From assembly GCA_964187785.1 (NCBI GenBank), contig OZ076409.1:67518001-67582000 (forward strand): a stretch of DNA of 64,000 nt, written 5' to 3'. Below the pieces are notes generated by a model. It saw only the letters and a list, made by a program, of their open reading frames with translations, did not search any database and was not told where the DNA came from. How positions within the stretch are numbered: the stretch's first letter is position 1; each line of letters starts with the position of its first letter. Shown piece after piece: positions 1-10,445 of the stretch. Position numbers and translations under genes: made by a program. This DNA is from Amphiscolops sp. MND2022 (lineage: Eukaryota).

Positions 1-667
1 GTACAGAAATAGAAGTACCGCTATGTAGAAGGAATGCAATTTCTAATCTAGATGGGTTGTCTCTTTGTACTATACTTGATGGTGTATGTACATATAGTGT
101 ATAAAACCAACTTGTAGGTGTGACAGCATTTGCCATTGCTGTTGGGTGATACATGTGTACTTCAAATTTTATAGGGTCAGCTTGGTCTTGTTGATGTATC
201 ATATTGATTTTATTTCTGGAATTGGAGTTTGAGCGAGATCTAGAAAATCTAGAGTCTCTTGGTCTTGAAGGTGGCCTATATGAATTTGTGTACTTTGTGA
301 ATTTGTTGTCTCTTGAATAGGAGCGTGATCTGTAACTAGGACGAGAGTAGTGTGGAGGAGTAGTAATTTTGTCGTAACGAAATCTATCTCTCTCGAGATG
401 TAGAACGGTATCGGTTTTGTGAATAGTTTTTTTTGTAAGGGTTATCTCGTGAGGTACTTCGACTTCGGTATCTATTATCATAGTGTTTTGTTCTGTCATT
501 GGAAGGAGAACGAAAGTACTGAACGAATGATTTTTGTGGAGATTTTGTACGAGCATATGCTTCTCATTTATCTTCATCATCTCGTTGTTTTTTGAAACAA
601 GCAGAAATGGAGTGATTTGTTCTATGACAGTATGAGCAAAATTTTTTAATATGCAGGTTTATTTTTG

Positions 668-1625
668 TTATTTGGGTTGTGTATACATAAGTTGTTCTTG
701 AGATGAGTGATCAAGAGTTTGAGTGTTCAATTGTTTTGTAATATTATTAATTTCAAGTGCAAGATCATGTGTTCTGATTTTGTCGTTTGCAATATCTTCA
801 GCGTCAACAAGTTTTACTTGTGTATGAAAAGGAATTGAAGGTTCTAAGACAGTGGAAGTGTGTTTTACTTGTCTTTTGTTTGCAAAGTCTTTAAGATTCT
901 TTGGAAGTCCTTTTGTGAAGATTTCATTACATTTAAGGTTAATAGTGGATGCATTCTCATTACACCAGCCTTTTTCAACCAGCTGTTGAACTTTGAGTGC
1001 AAAATGACGTACTGTTTCATTATCTTTTTTGGTTAAATTAAGGGCTTCAACTTGAGCATAGTAAGCGTTCTTTTGTGAGGAAAATTGTTTTTTGAAAGCT
1101 TGTACAAATGCGTGCCAATCATGTTTATAAAAATCGTTTAAACGAATGTACCAGCTGAGTGCTGTACCTAATAAAGAGCATTGTATGAAAGCCATGCGAC
1201 GGGCGTGCCAAAATTTATATTCATGTTCCGATGTAGGTTGTAAACCTAAGGAAAATGTAACACGTGCCTCATAATGTTGTAAATATTCTTCAGGTGTATA
1301 ATTATGATCTAGTCCATCAAAAGGTTTAATGGGTTCTGATATAGAAGTAGAAGAATTAATATATGTGGGGTGTGACATAGTGTTATGAGATATAGTAGAT
1401 GGTGGTGTTGTATTGTACATAGGATTATTTGAAATATTAGTTAAGGAAGTAGTTGAAGTGTTATGAAAGTGAGGGTTAGTTCTAATTGTTGTTGAAGGAG
1501 GATTTGGTAAAGGAAATTGAGAAGTTTGTAACGTAGGGGTGATTGTATTGGATGTATGTTGGGAAGAAAGAGTATTTAATGGGTTGGGTGTGTTGTAATT
1601 TATCTGGGATTGTTGTGTATGACTT
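668..1625 (-). pseudogene. Second copy of the element A gag region
   Basis: Nearly identical to 4233-5190; the N-terminal ~33 aa of ORF 668..1723 come from off-frame RT sequence. Confidence 0.8.
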
Positions 1626-2555
1626 ATATATCCAAGGAGTGTTCTCATGTAAAAGATCGTAAAATGGTTTGAGATTAATATGTAGTTTTTCAATAAATTT
1701 GGTGTAAAAATTGAGTGCGCCAATGAAACTCATTAGGGCAACTTTGCCAGTTGGAGAAGGGAATTTATGGATAGCTGCAATTTTCGAATGGATTGGTTTA
1801 ATTGTATTGTAACCAATTTCATGTCCAAGGAATTTGACTTTAAGAAGCATGAAAAAGGATTTTTCAGGAGTTAGTTTAAGATTGTTTTTTGTACTAATAA
1901 TGTCTAGTTGTTCTATGAGTTGGAACATGTGTTCTTTAAAATCTGATAAAAGTAATATATCGTCAATGTAGACAAGAGAAAAACCTTGTTCTATAAGAGT
2001 TTTAAAGAAAGTAGACATTTGTTTTGTAAAGAAATTTGGGAGTCCTTTGAGACCATAAAAGCCTCGGATAAAAGCGAAAAGTTTATCTCCGGAAGAGAAA
2101 CTAGTAAGTTTTAGAGTGTCTTCATCAAGAGGTGTATGTGCATAGGCATACATAAGGTCAATAGCAGATTTGTACTTTTTATTTGCGCGTGCTAATTGTG
2201 GAGCAAGAGGTTCAATAGGCCAAGATTCATCAGAATGTTCTGTATTGGAATTAAGGTGTCGAGCGTCTAATACACATTTTATTGTATCTCCCTTGGGGAT
2301 TATAACGAGAGGGTTTAAATAAGTTGTGCCATAAACGGGTTTGTCTTGAGGAGAGGAACCAATTTGTTTGATAATGTTATATTTTTCAAGTTCTTTGAGA
2401 AGTACGTTAAGTTTGTATCGGTAGTGAATAGGGACTTTGGAAGGACGTTGTGTCATAAGTTGAGCATTTGGTTTAAGTCGTATACGAAAGGGTGTTGAAA
2501 TTTTTCCAACATCGTTTTTATGAGTTGCATAACATGTTTTATACTTGAGTAACAT
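1626..2555 (-). pseudogene. Reverse transcriptase of element A, truncated at the duplication breakpoint
   Basis: LDARHLN, IDLMYAY, GFYGL, YIDD, KFLGHEIG, FIGALNFY; ORF 1482..2555 reads out of frame past 1626. Confidence 0.9.
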
Positions 2556-2696
2556 ATTGCAAAAAGTAATGTATTCTGTATCTGTATGGTCAGAAAATTG
2601 GAAGTTAAATTTATTGATAAATTTGAGATTTTCAGAAGTGTATGGTAGAGAAGGAAAAATGCGTTTTTCGGAAGTGTGAGAAGTAGGCTGAACGTT

Positions 2697-3767
2697 TTAT
2701 AAAGGAGAAGTTTGATTTGGAATGTCGTCATTAGTCATATAAATTTGATGTAGAGAGAATTGAGGAGGAGGGGTTGTAGGATCATCATATTGTACAATAT
2801 AGTTGGTTTGTGGAAGTGGTTCTGTAATTTCAGGATGATAAGTATGAGTAACATTATGTATTAAAGTATTGATGTCATTAACCTGGAAGAATTTAGGTTT
2901 TTCATTAGTAATTGGAACTTCAATGTATCCAATATGTCCTGTAGGTAGTGTTGCAACATGTTTTGAGGTGTTCTGAATAATAGTTGCACAAATATCTGGT
3001 TTGTCATCTGTAAATACTTCAATGAAATTGAAATTTGTACGAAATTTGGTAGCAAAATAGGTATGAGGTACTGAAGGAAAGAAGTGGTTTTGTGGTGTAG
3101 TTGTAAAATGAAGATTATGATAATTTTTTATTGGAAAGTGTGCAATTTTTGAAGACTTGGGTTTTAGACGTATTTGAGTTTTTGAATTAATTCTATAAAT
3201 GTAAGAGAAGTATGGATAATCTTTGGATAGGAGTGTTGTGAACTTTGCATAATTTGGGTGTGTTTTTGATTGGTATTTAAATTCGAGTGTAAAGTCTTGT
3301 ATGTTTATGTTTTGTATATTGTCTTCAAAGAATGGTGTGCCAAGGATGTTGTATTTGATATCAGCTACTGCGAAAGCTACTGAAAAGTAACGAGAGTCTT
3401 CATCAATAGTGGTGTTCAAAATTATATTTGCATAATGTAAAATAGGAACTTCAGTTTGGTTTGCAACGGTTAATGATTTGGAATTTCGAGTTGGTCCAAC
3501 ATCAGAGGTGTGATTTGATCTGATATCTAGAAGTTTTGTAAGAGTTATGTATGTTGGGTAATTGAGTACAGAAATAGAAGCACCGCTATGTAGAAGGAAT
3601 GCAATTTCTAATCTAGATGGGTTGGCTCTTTGTACTATACTTGATGGTGTGTGTACATATAGTGTATAAAACCAACTTGTAGGTGTGACAGCATTTGCCA
3701 TTGCTGTTGGGTGATACATGTGTACTTCAAATTTTATAGGGTCAGCTTGGTCTTGTTGATGTATCAT
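2697..3767 (-). pseudogene. Retropepsin (catalytic D to H) plus extra ~100-aa domain of element A
   Basis: AFLLHSGASISVL ... YNILGTPFF retropepsin motifs. Confidence 0.8.
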
Positions 3768-4279
3768 ATTGATTTTATTTCTGGAATTGGAGTTTGAGCG
3801 AGATCTAGAAAATCTAGAGTCTCTTGGTCTTGAAGGTGGCCTATATGAATTTGTGTACTTTGTGAATTTGTTGTCTCTTGAATAGGAGCGTGATCTGTAA
3901 CTAGGACGAGAGTAGTGTGGAGGAGTAGTAATTTTGTCGTAACGAAATCTATCTCTATCTCGAGATGTAGAACGGTATCGGTTTTGTGAATAGTTTTTTT
4001 GTAAGGGTTATCTCGTGAGGTACTTCGACTTCGGTATCTATTATCATAGTGTTTTGTTCTGTCATTGGAAGGAGAACGAAAGTACTGAACGAATGATTTT
4101 TGTGGAGATTTTGTACGAGCATATGCTTCTCGTTTATCTTCATCATCTCGTTGTTTTTTGAAACAAGCAGAAATGGAGTGATTTGTTCTATGACAGTATG
4201 AGCAATATTTTTTATATGCAGGTTTATTTTTGTTATTTGGGTTGTGTATACATAAGTTGTTCTTGAGATGAGTGATCAA
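3764..4279 (-). pseudogene. Nucleocapsid zinc-knuckle and RS-rich region of element A
   Basis: CSYCHRTNHSISAC followed by RYRSRSTSR; frameshifted. Confidence 0.75.
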
Positions 4280-4985
4280 GAGTTTGAGTGTTCAATTGTT
4301 TTGTAATATTATTAATTTCAAGTGCAAGATCATGTGTTCTGATTTTGTCGTTTGCAATATCTTCAGCGTCAACAAGTTTTACTTGTGTATGAAAAGGAAT
4401 TGAAGGTTCTAAGACAGTGGAAGTGTGTTTTACTTGTCTTTTGTTTGCAAAGTCTTTAAGATTCTTTGGAAGTCCTTTTGTGAAGATTTCATTACATTTA
4501 AGGTTAATACTGGATGCATTCTCATTACACCAGCCTTTTTCAACCAGCTGTTGAACTTTGAGTGCAAAATGACGTACTGTTTCATTATCTTTTTTGGTTA
4601 AATTAAGGGCTTCAACTTGAGCATAGTAAGCGTTCTTTTGTGAGGAAAATTGTTTTTTGAAAGCTTGTACAAAAGCGTGCCAATCATGTTTATAAAAATC
4701 GTTTAAACGAATGTACCAGCTGAGTGCTGTACCTAATAAAGAGCATTGTATGAAAGCCATGCGACGGGCGTGCCAAAATTTATATTCATGTTCCGATGTA
4801 GGTTGTAAACCTAAGGAAAATGTAACACGTGCCTCATAATGTTGTAAATATTCTTCAGGTGTATAATTATGATCTAGTCCATCAAAAGGTTTAATGGGTT
4901 CTGATATAGAAGTAGAAGAATTAATATATGTGGGGTGTGACATAGTGTTATGAGATATAGTAGATGGTGGTGTTGTATTGTACAT
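4233..4985 (-). pseudogene. Gag capsid-like region of element A (upstream copy)
   Basis: PFDGLDHNYTPEEYL...GTALSWY...FKKQFS...ETVRHFALKVQQL retrotransposon gag-like motifs; frameshifted from the zinc knuckle. Confidence 0.75.
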
Positions 4986-6061
4986 AGGATTATTTGAAAT
5001 ATTAGTTAAGGAAGTAGTTGAAGTGTTATGAAAGTGAGGGTTAGTTCTAATTGTTGTTGAAGGAGGATTTGGTAAAGGAAATTGAGAAGTTTGTAACGTA
5101 GGGGTGATTGTATTGGATGTATGTTGGGAAGAAAGAGTATTTAATGGTTTGGGTGTGTTGTAATTTATCTGGGATTGTTGTGTATGACTTGGATTAGTAC
5201 TGGTGAGACTGTATGATAATGGATTAGTTAATATAGGTTGTAATGGAGGTCGAGAAAGATGTCTGGCAGTAGTGTAATTAGAGGATGGGTTGGAATGAAT
5301 TGTGTTAATGTTTAAGGTAGGTTGTGTAGTTTGTACTGAGTTAGTTTGAGCTGGAGTATAAGTCGAAGTTTGTGTTTCAGAAGATGATGGTGGAGTTGGT
5401 GTTTGAAAATGTACTGTATTAGTGTTCTGTGCAATATAGTGTGTTTTTGATGAGCTTTGTTGAGGAGAATCATGGGTGTTTATCTGAGTTGAAAATTGAG
5501 GTGGAACAGAAGGTGGATTATAATTTCGAGGAGATAGTATTTGTGTCTGAGAGGGTTTTGTAATATTAGTATTAGATGTAGATAAAACAGAGGTATTGTC
5601 TGGGTTGGTATTTGAAATGTTGTCTTGACTTTGGTTTATAATTTCGTTTTGCGTGATATTGTGGGTAGGAATTGTTATAAGATTTGAATCATCAGTTGTT
5701 GTAAAACTTCGTGTATTTTGTACTGTTTCTTCAGAGAATTCTGATGTATTGTGAATTGTATTTGTTTCAGAAGGATTTGGTTGTTGTATATCGGAGACTT
5801 GTGATAGTGGTGGGTATAATAGTTGTTCTTGAGGAAGATCAGGATTTTGAAAAAGATTAACAAGGGCTTCTTGTTCTGGGGATTCTTGTTCTGATTGTTC
5901 TGATTGTTGTCTCGTTTATGAAGGTTCAACACTAGAGGTTTGTTCTTCAGGAGTTGTTTCATGAGAAGTATCAGATGTAATAAAAGGTCTGTTATCTGAT
6001 GTTTCAGATTGTTCAAGTACAAAGTTGTGATCTAAGTTTATTTGATCAAAATGTGTAACAT

Positions 6062-6808
6062 TTAATGAAGTAAGATCTCTGTAAGGTAAATGTTTGTTTT
6101 CATTTTTATGATGTATGGTAAGAGTTCTATATGTGTTAGTATTTGAGGGAAGTTAACGTAAGCTTGTTGATCTTTTTGTTCCCAAAGTAGTTGATAGTTA
6201 AATCTAAGAAACTTTAATAAGAATTGTGTAAAAATTTTGACTTGAGGTATAGTGTCATCCGTAAGGATAATGTTGTCAAAGAATCTGTATTGAAAATGTT
6301 TTATTTGTAAGATATCTCGTTGTAACCAATAATGAGGGTTATCATGTCTTTGGACTTTTGTGTCAAGATCGGGGACCTCGAAATATTCAGATCTGTGTTT
6401 TAGTTCTTGTAAGTGAGAAGGACGATAAAGTGGTGGGTTTTGGTTTTCATTGAAGTCAATGAGCTTTTGCATGTATGTATGAAAAACATCTTGTAAAGAA
6501 AGTGTAATTTTTTTTGGGTGTATGGTTCTATAAAATGTTCCAGAATTTATTCCTTTAACGGGGTTAAAAATAACTTGAAATGGGGTTTGTGATGGTGTTA
6601 TGTCAAGTTTTTTATATTGAATATAATAGAGATAAGAATCACAATGTTCTCGTACTAATGGAATAGTATGTGGTATATGGGGTTCTGTTTCAAATGGAAG
6701 TGGGTTTGTGTACTGAAAGATAATGTTATTCAGAAAAGGTGTTACAGCTTGTATAAGAGATCGATTTTGTCTTTTTTCAGTAGTGAATGTAAATGGAGTG
6801 GGAAGCAT
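6062..6808 (-). CDS. Unknown 248-aa domain, probably the N-terminus of an extended Gag polyprotein of element A
   Basis: Globular-looking, aromatic-rich ORF; a shifted frame continues into an S/T/P/N/Q-rich stretch that runs into the gag ORF. Confidence 0.55.
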   Translation of the reverse strand: MLPTPFTFTTEKRQNRSLIQAVTPFLNNIIFQYTNPLPFETEPHIPHTIPLVREHCDSYLYYIQYKKLDITPSQTPFQVIFNPVKGINSGTFYRTIHPKKITLSLQDVFHTYMQKLIDFNENQNPPLYRPSHLQELKHRSEYFEVPDLDTKVQRHDNPHYWLQRDILQIKHFQYRFFDNIILTDDTIPQVKIFTQFLLKFLRFNYQLLWEQKDQQAYVNFPQILTHIELLPYIIKMKTNIYLTEILLH

Positions 6809-6817
6809 TATATGGTA

Positions 6818-7057
6818 TTAAGTTTGGTTAGTACAATAAAATTGCCATAAAGGATAGATGTTTTGGAAAAGAAGATATTTTGTATTAAATTGTGAATTAT
6901 ATGGTAAAATTTGATCTATAAATACAACTTGTAAGAAAATAGTAAGTGCAATACTCATGAAAAGAAGAAATGGGTTTTGTATATATTGGATAAGTGTATG
7001 GAAAGTGTGGTAAATACTAAGTAGTCCAAAAAGAGGTAGTACTATACTTGTTAACAT
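6818..7057 (-). CDS. Small ORF, 79 aa, two hydrophobic segments
   Basis: ORF track; MLTSIVLPLFGLLSIY and PFLLFMSIALTIFLQVVFI; tightly spaced between the 40-aa sORF and the 248-aa ORF. Confidence 0.4.
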   Translation of the reverse strand: MLTSIVLPLFGLLSIYHTFHTLIQYIQNPFLLFMSIALTIFLQVVFIDQILPYNSQFNTKYLLFQNIYPLWQFYCTNQT

Positions 7058-7076
7058 AGAAGAAAAAGGTTGTACT

Positions 7077-7199
7077 TCAAAATTTTGGTATGAATGAAAT
7101 TAAGAATTTGTCCAGAAAAAGTGCAAGACCGGCAACGATAGCAACAAAGAACCAAAAGCAGACAATGAGTTTAACAAGAGTGTCTACTGAAGGCGGCAT
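7077..7199 (-). CDS. Small hydrophobic ORF, 40 aa (MPPSVDTLVKLIVCFWFFVAIVAGLALFLDKFLISFIPKF)
   Basis: Hand translation (below the ORF-track cut-off); one ~19-aa TM-like stretch; lies in the element A leader. Confidence 0.4.
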   Translation of the reverse strand: MPPSVDTLVKLIVCFWFFVAIVAGLALFLDKFLISFIPKF

Positions 7200-7935
7200 G
7201 TACAATAAAGTTCTATTAAGAATGTGTCTAAGAGGTTGTACCAAAATTTGTTTTAAATAGGTGTATGAAAAATGAAAGTTATATAAAGAAATGTGATGTA
7301 TGTGTTGTATATTTTAATTGTCGTGTATTTGGTCTGTGTTATATATTTTAATTGTTATGTAGTGTTGTATATTTTAATTGTTATATATTTGGATCCGTAA
7401 GCTAGTTTTAAAAAAGTTTTGTATGTTGTTTGTACTCTAGAAGAGAGAACAAGAAAAGTATTATAATTACGTTATGTAGAAAATATGTGTTATATAGGTG
7501 TGCCAGCTTTAAAGTTGATCCAAGCGGCTAGAACCAAAGAGATTTTTACTAGCAGGAATTGCTGGATAGCACTGTAGAAGGGCCAACACGTATCGCACGT
7601 CTGCGGTTGGAACGGAAGAAAGAGAGAAAGCCAACACTAATTCACTCAGAGGTGGTTGGAACGAAAAATTTACTGACAGGAATTACGTCAAGAAACGTAG
7701 TCAGAACCAAGAAATATGACTGACAGGAATTACGTTGAGAAACGCAGTCAGAACCATAGCAACACGGATCAATTTCAAATAGAAATTGGTTGCAACGTTG
7801 AAGTTAGTAACGATAGGCGATATTGAGAGGTGGAGAAACTGTGTGTCGAACAAAGAGATATCGAATGAGAAAGTCGAGGAAAGATGTACAACAATTGTAG
7901 ATGTGTGAAATGAATGGGAGAGAAAGAAGAATTTT

Positions 7936-7948
7936 CTTGGTCGCACCA
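7936..7948 (-). promoter_or_regulatory. Candidate primer-binding site of element A (TGGTGCGACCAAG)
   Basis: TGG-initiated sequence just inside the putative LTR end; cognate tRNA not assigned. Confidence 0.5.
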
Positions 7949-7950
7949 AT

Positions 7951-8192
7951 TGAGCTGTTAAAAAGTTGTGTGGTGGTTTCTTTTAGATGTTTTATTACTG
8001 ACATAAGAAGTCTAAGATTTTAACAGCAGAGTCGTCTTGTCTTATATCTTGTAGCTAGCTAGTTCTGAGTACAATCTATTTCTGAGATCTCAGTTCTGGA
8101 AGTGTCTGAGGGAAGACCGATCGTCAGGATGAATTCTCAATTTCTCCGAGTAGATATATTCTATTAACTAGGGTAGGTTTCATCAATTAACA
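7951..8192 (-). repeat. Putative 5' LTR of element A
   Basis: On the - strand it ends in CA two bases before a TGG-PBS and contains TATA-like GATATAAG (~8042-8049) and AATAAA (7991-7996); no second LTR to confirm. Confidence 0.5.
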
Positions 8193-9699
8193 ATGTGACA
8201 GCAACAGGATGAATCGGGGAAGCTTGGTACAGGATATATTAAATGAAGTTTCTTCTAGAATAATTAGCTTCCAAATTAGATTACATTTACAAATTACTTT
8301 GGGTAAGAGTTCAGAGTATTTCAGATTTATAGAATCTTTGAGGACATGCATCATGGCATCACACATGTTAAGATTACTACAAGGTACTGTGATCACTTTT
8401 TTGACGAACGATTTTAGTTGGGCAAATGAGCCAGATGTCAAATAGTATTCAATCAAATAATGACAGATGACGGCGCAACAGAAAATCATACAACCAAGAC
8501 AGTTGGAAGAGTTAGCAGCCCGGGTTGACCTCCATACAAAAAACATGTGGATCAAGAAAAGTCATAATGGTGGAGCTTGAAATCTGTTCAGCCATATAAT
8601 GAACATTCAAGAGAAAAAATATGCAAAAGATACAATCAACGTAGAGGAAATGATCCTGGAACGAATGTTTTTCATACTATGGCCATTGGTGGATTACAAA
8701 AGCTGTAGATATTATCCTTAGAACAGGAAGCAATTACCAAGATTTCTAAAAAACAGAAAGTTTCTTCCTATAGTCAGTTAAGTATGTGGTTGGCTAGTTT
8801 CCAGACGAAACCAAAGAACCTTTCGTTCAAACCTTACAAGCAAACGCCAACAGGCACAATTCAAAGAGGCGTCTGAAGACTTTCAAAGACCCTCTCTGTG
8901 TACCTGAAACAATGTTAAACTGTAGTTTGGAGACGGCAATCGAGGCCGAGCAGTAAACGCCACAAACTAAATTGCAGAGCAGAGCTGTTGAATTTCAATC
9001 CGGAGACACCACGACGCTGGATCATGGATAATTTAACATGCTAAATTGGGAGATTCTATGGGAGTATATAAACAAATGAAAATGCTTTTTCCGAACCAGG
9101 TTCTTTGCAAGTAAAAACGATTAAGTAACAGGTATTCACTCCGATATACCGGATTGGAAATTCATACTCACCAGAGTAATTCTCAGCAGAAAGTAGTTCT
9201 TTTAAAAAAAGAACAAAAACTTCGCTTCAGTAAAATGTTCCAAATTCCAAAGAAATTGCCATTTTTGAGGCAAAAACCAATGAAAAGTTACTTTTTGTTT
9301 AACTGAAAATTCCCATGCAGCAAAGACTTTGTGAAAATGTTCAGGCTGAAGAGATCAAATTTTTAGCGGCAAGAAATTCAACTGCATGTATGCAAATTCT
9401 GTCGTCGCATATAAAGGATAGAGAATTATGGAGCAGCATTTTAGAAGAAATTTGATAACTTCATGATTGAGTAACAATTTTGCGATGTAAATGTCAAGTA
9501 GCTTCGTGGCCATAGAAAAAACTTTCAAAACCAAAAATTCCATTATCAGGTGCCACGTAGAGATGAGTATTTCAACATGTTCTTGTAGGTTGACCTGTAC
9601 CCAAAATTAGCACAGAAGAAAAAAGCATCTTTTATCCAGAATACGGAAGAACAAGATCGGAACGTCTGAAGTCGGAATTACATCTAAGCCTCAAAATGC

Positions 9700-10087
9700 G
9701 GAAAGTTTTTAAAATTGTAAAAAGAGGGACCGTTTGGGTTTTTTGAAAATCCGGTTTGTTGCAAGCTATCAAAAAATTGAAGGGGCCCTTTGGAGATACT
9801 AAAAAAACTTTATTAAAAACTCTCACAGAGCCGAAAAAATGGGCGGGCAAAGTCTCACAGTGCCGAAAAATTGGAAAGGACGGACCCTTATGCTTTTCAA
9901 TGGTTTTGTAATTCATGTTAGAGGCTTTGGATGCGTTCAAAATGAAGCACTAAGTACTTATGGTAAAAGTGCATAATGCACAAAAAGTGGTAAACAGGGT
10001 GAGCTCTTTGGTCTGACAAAAAAAGAAAAAAAACTAAGCCACTGTAATAGTCGGGCGCTTTTCACTAGAGAAGCACCGACTAAAAAC
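9700..10087 (+). repeat. Dispersed repeat ending in a hairpin plus CGACTAAAAAC
   Basis: Shares terminus and internal AGGGxCCC and CTCACAGTGCCGAAAAA motifs with the inverted copy at 31681-32290. Confidence 0.6.
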
Positions 10088-10445
10088 ATGTTCACCCTGT
10101 TGCGCCGAGTTTTTGGACTATTCCACAAATCTCAGACTCGATCAACAAGATCTTACTCTGGGGTGTTTTCTCGCACAGCTGACATGAAAACTCAGAAGAA
10201 TTGTTATTCGACTTTGTATTTTTGTATTTGTACCATTTCGAAGATGTCAGATCTACTAAGATGTCAATTTAGTGACATAATGCAAGCTTCAGTGTATCTT
10301 CACTAGCTTCGTGTTTTCAAACCTCGGATGCACGCAGGAACACAGAGAAAATTTAGGAAACGTTCATATGCGCTTGGAGCATGCGCTTGTTTTGACTTCG
10401 AGCGTGCCTCGGTGACAAGGAAAACCTATAAAGGATGAAAAGCTA

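Larger units (their letters stand above)
1..5190. repeat. Direct tandem duplication, period 3565 bp (1-1625 matches 3566-5190)
   Basis: Visual alignment: ~99% identity with scattered SNPs and 1-2 bp indels; junction at 1625/1626. Confidence 0.92.
1..8192 (-). mobile_element. Large degenerate Ty3/gypsy-like LTR retrotransposon A (5' part; continues beyond window start)
   Basis: Gag-like ORF, CX2CX4HX4C knuckle (CSYCHRTNHSISAC), protease-like LHSGA, RT with YIDD; candidate PBS and 5' LTR near 7936-8192; strong strand compositional skew. The 3' LTR is outside the window, so the LTR start is approximate. Confidence 0.85.

Noticed and set aside
668-1723. 351-aa and 357-aa ORFs as novel RT-gag chimeric proteins
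   Set aside because: Their extra termini come from reading off-frame across the duplication junction at 1625/1626
1-8192. env gene in element A or in X, Y, Z, W
   Set aside because: No signal-peptide/furin/TM ORF downstream of integrase in X, Y, Z or W; the 3' half of A lies outside the window
8187-9100. Short ORFs next to the element A LTR as a possible separate gene or element
   Set aside because: No recognisable motif or splice chain; could be decayed TE but cannot be supported
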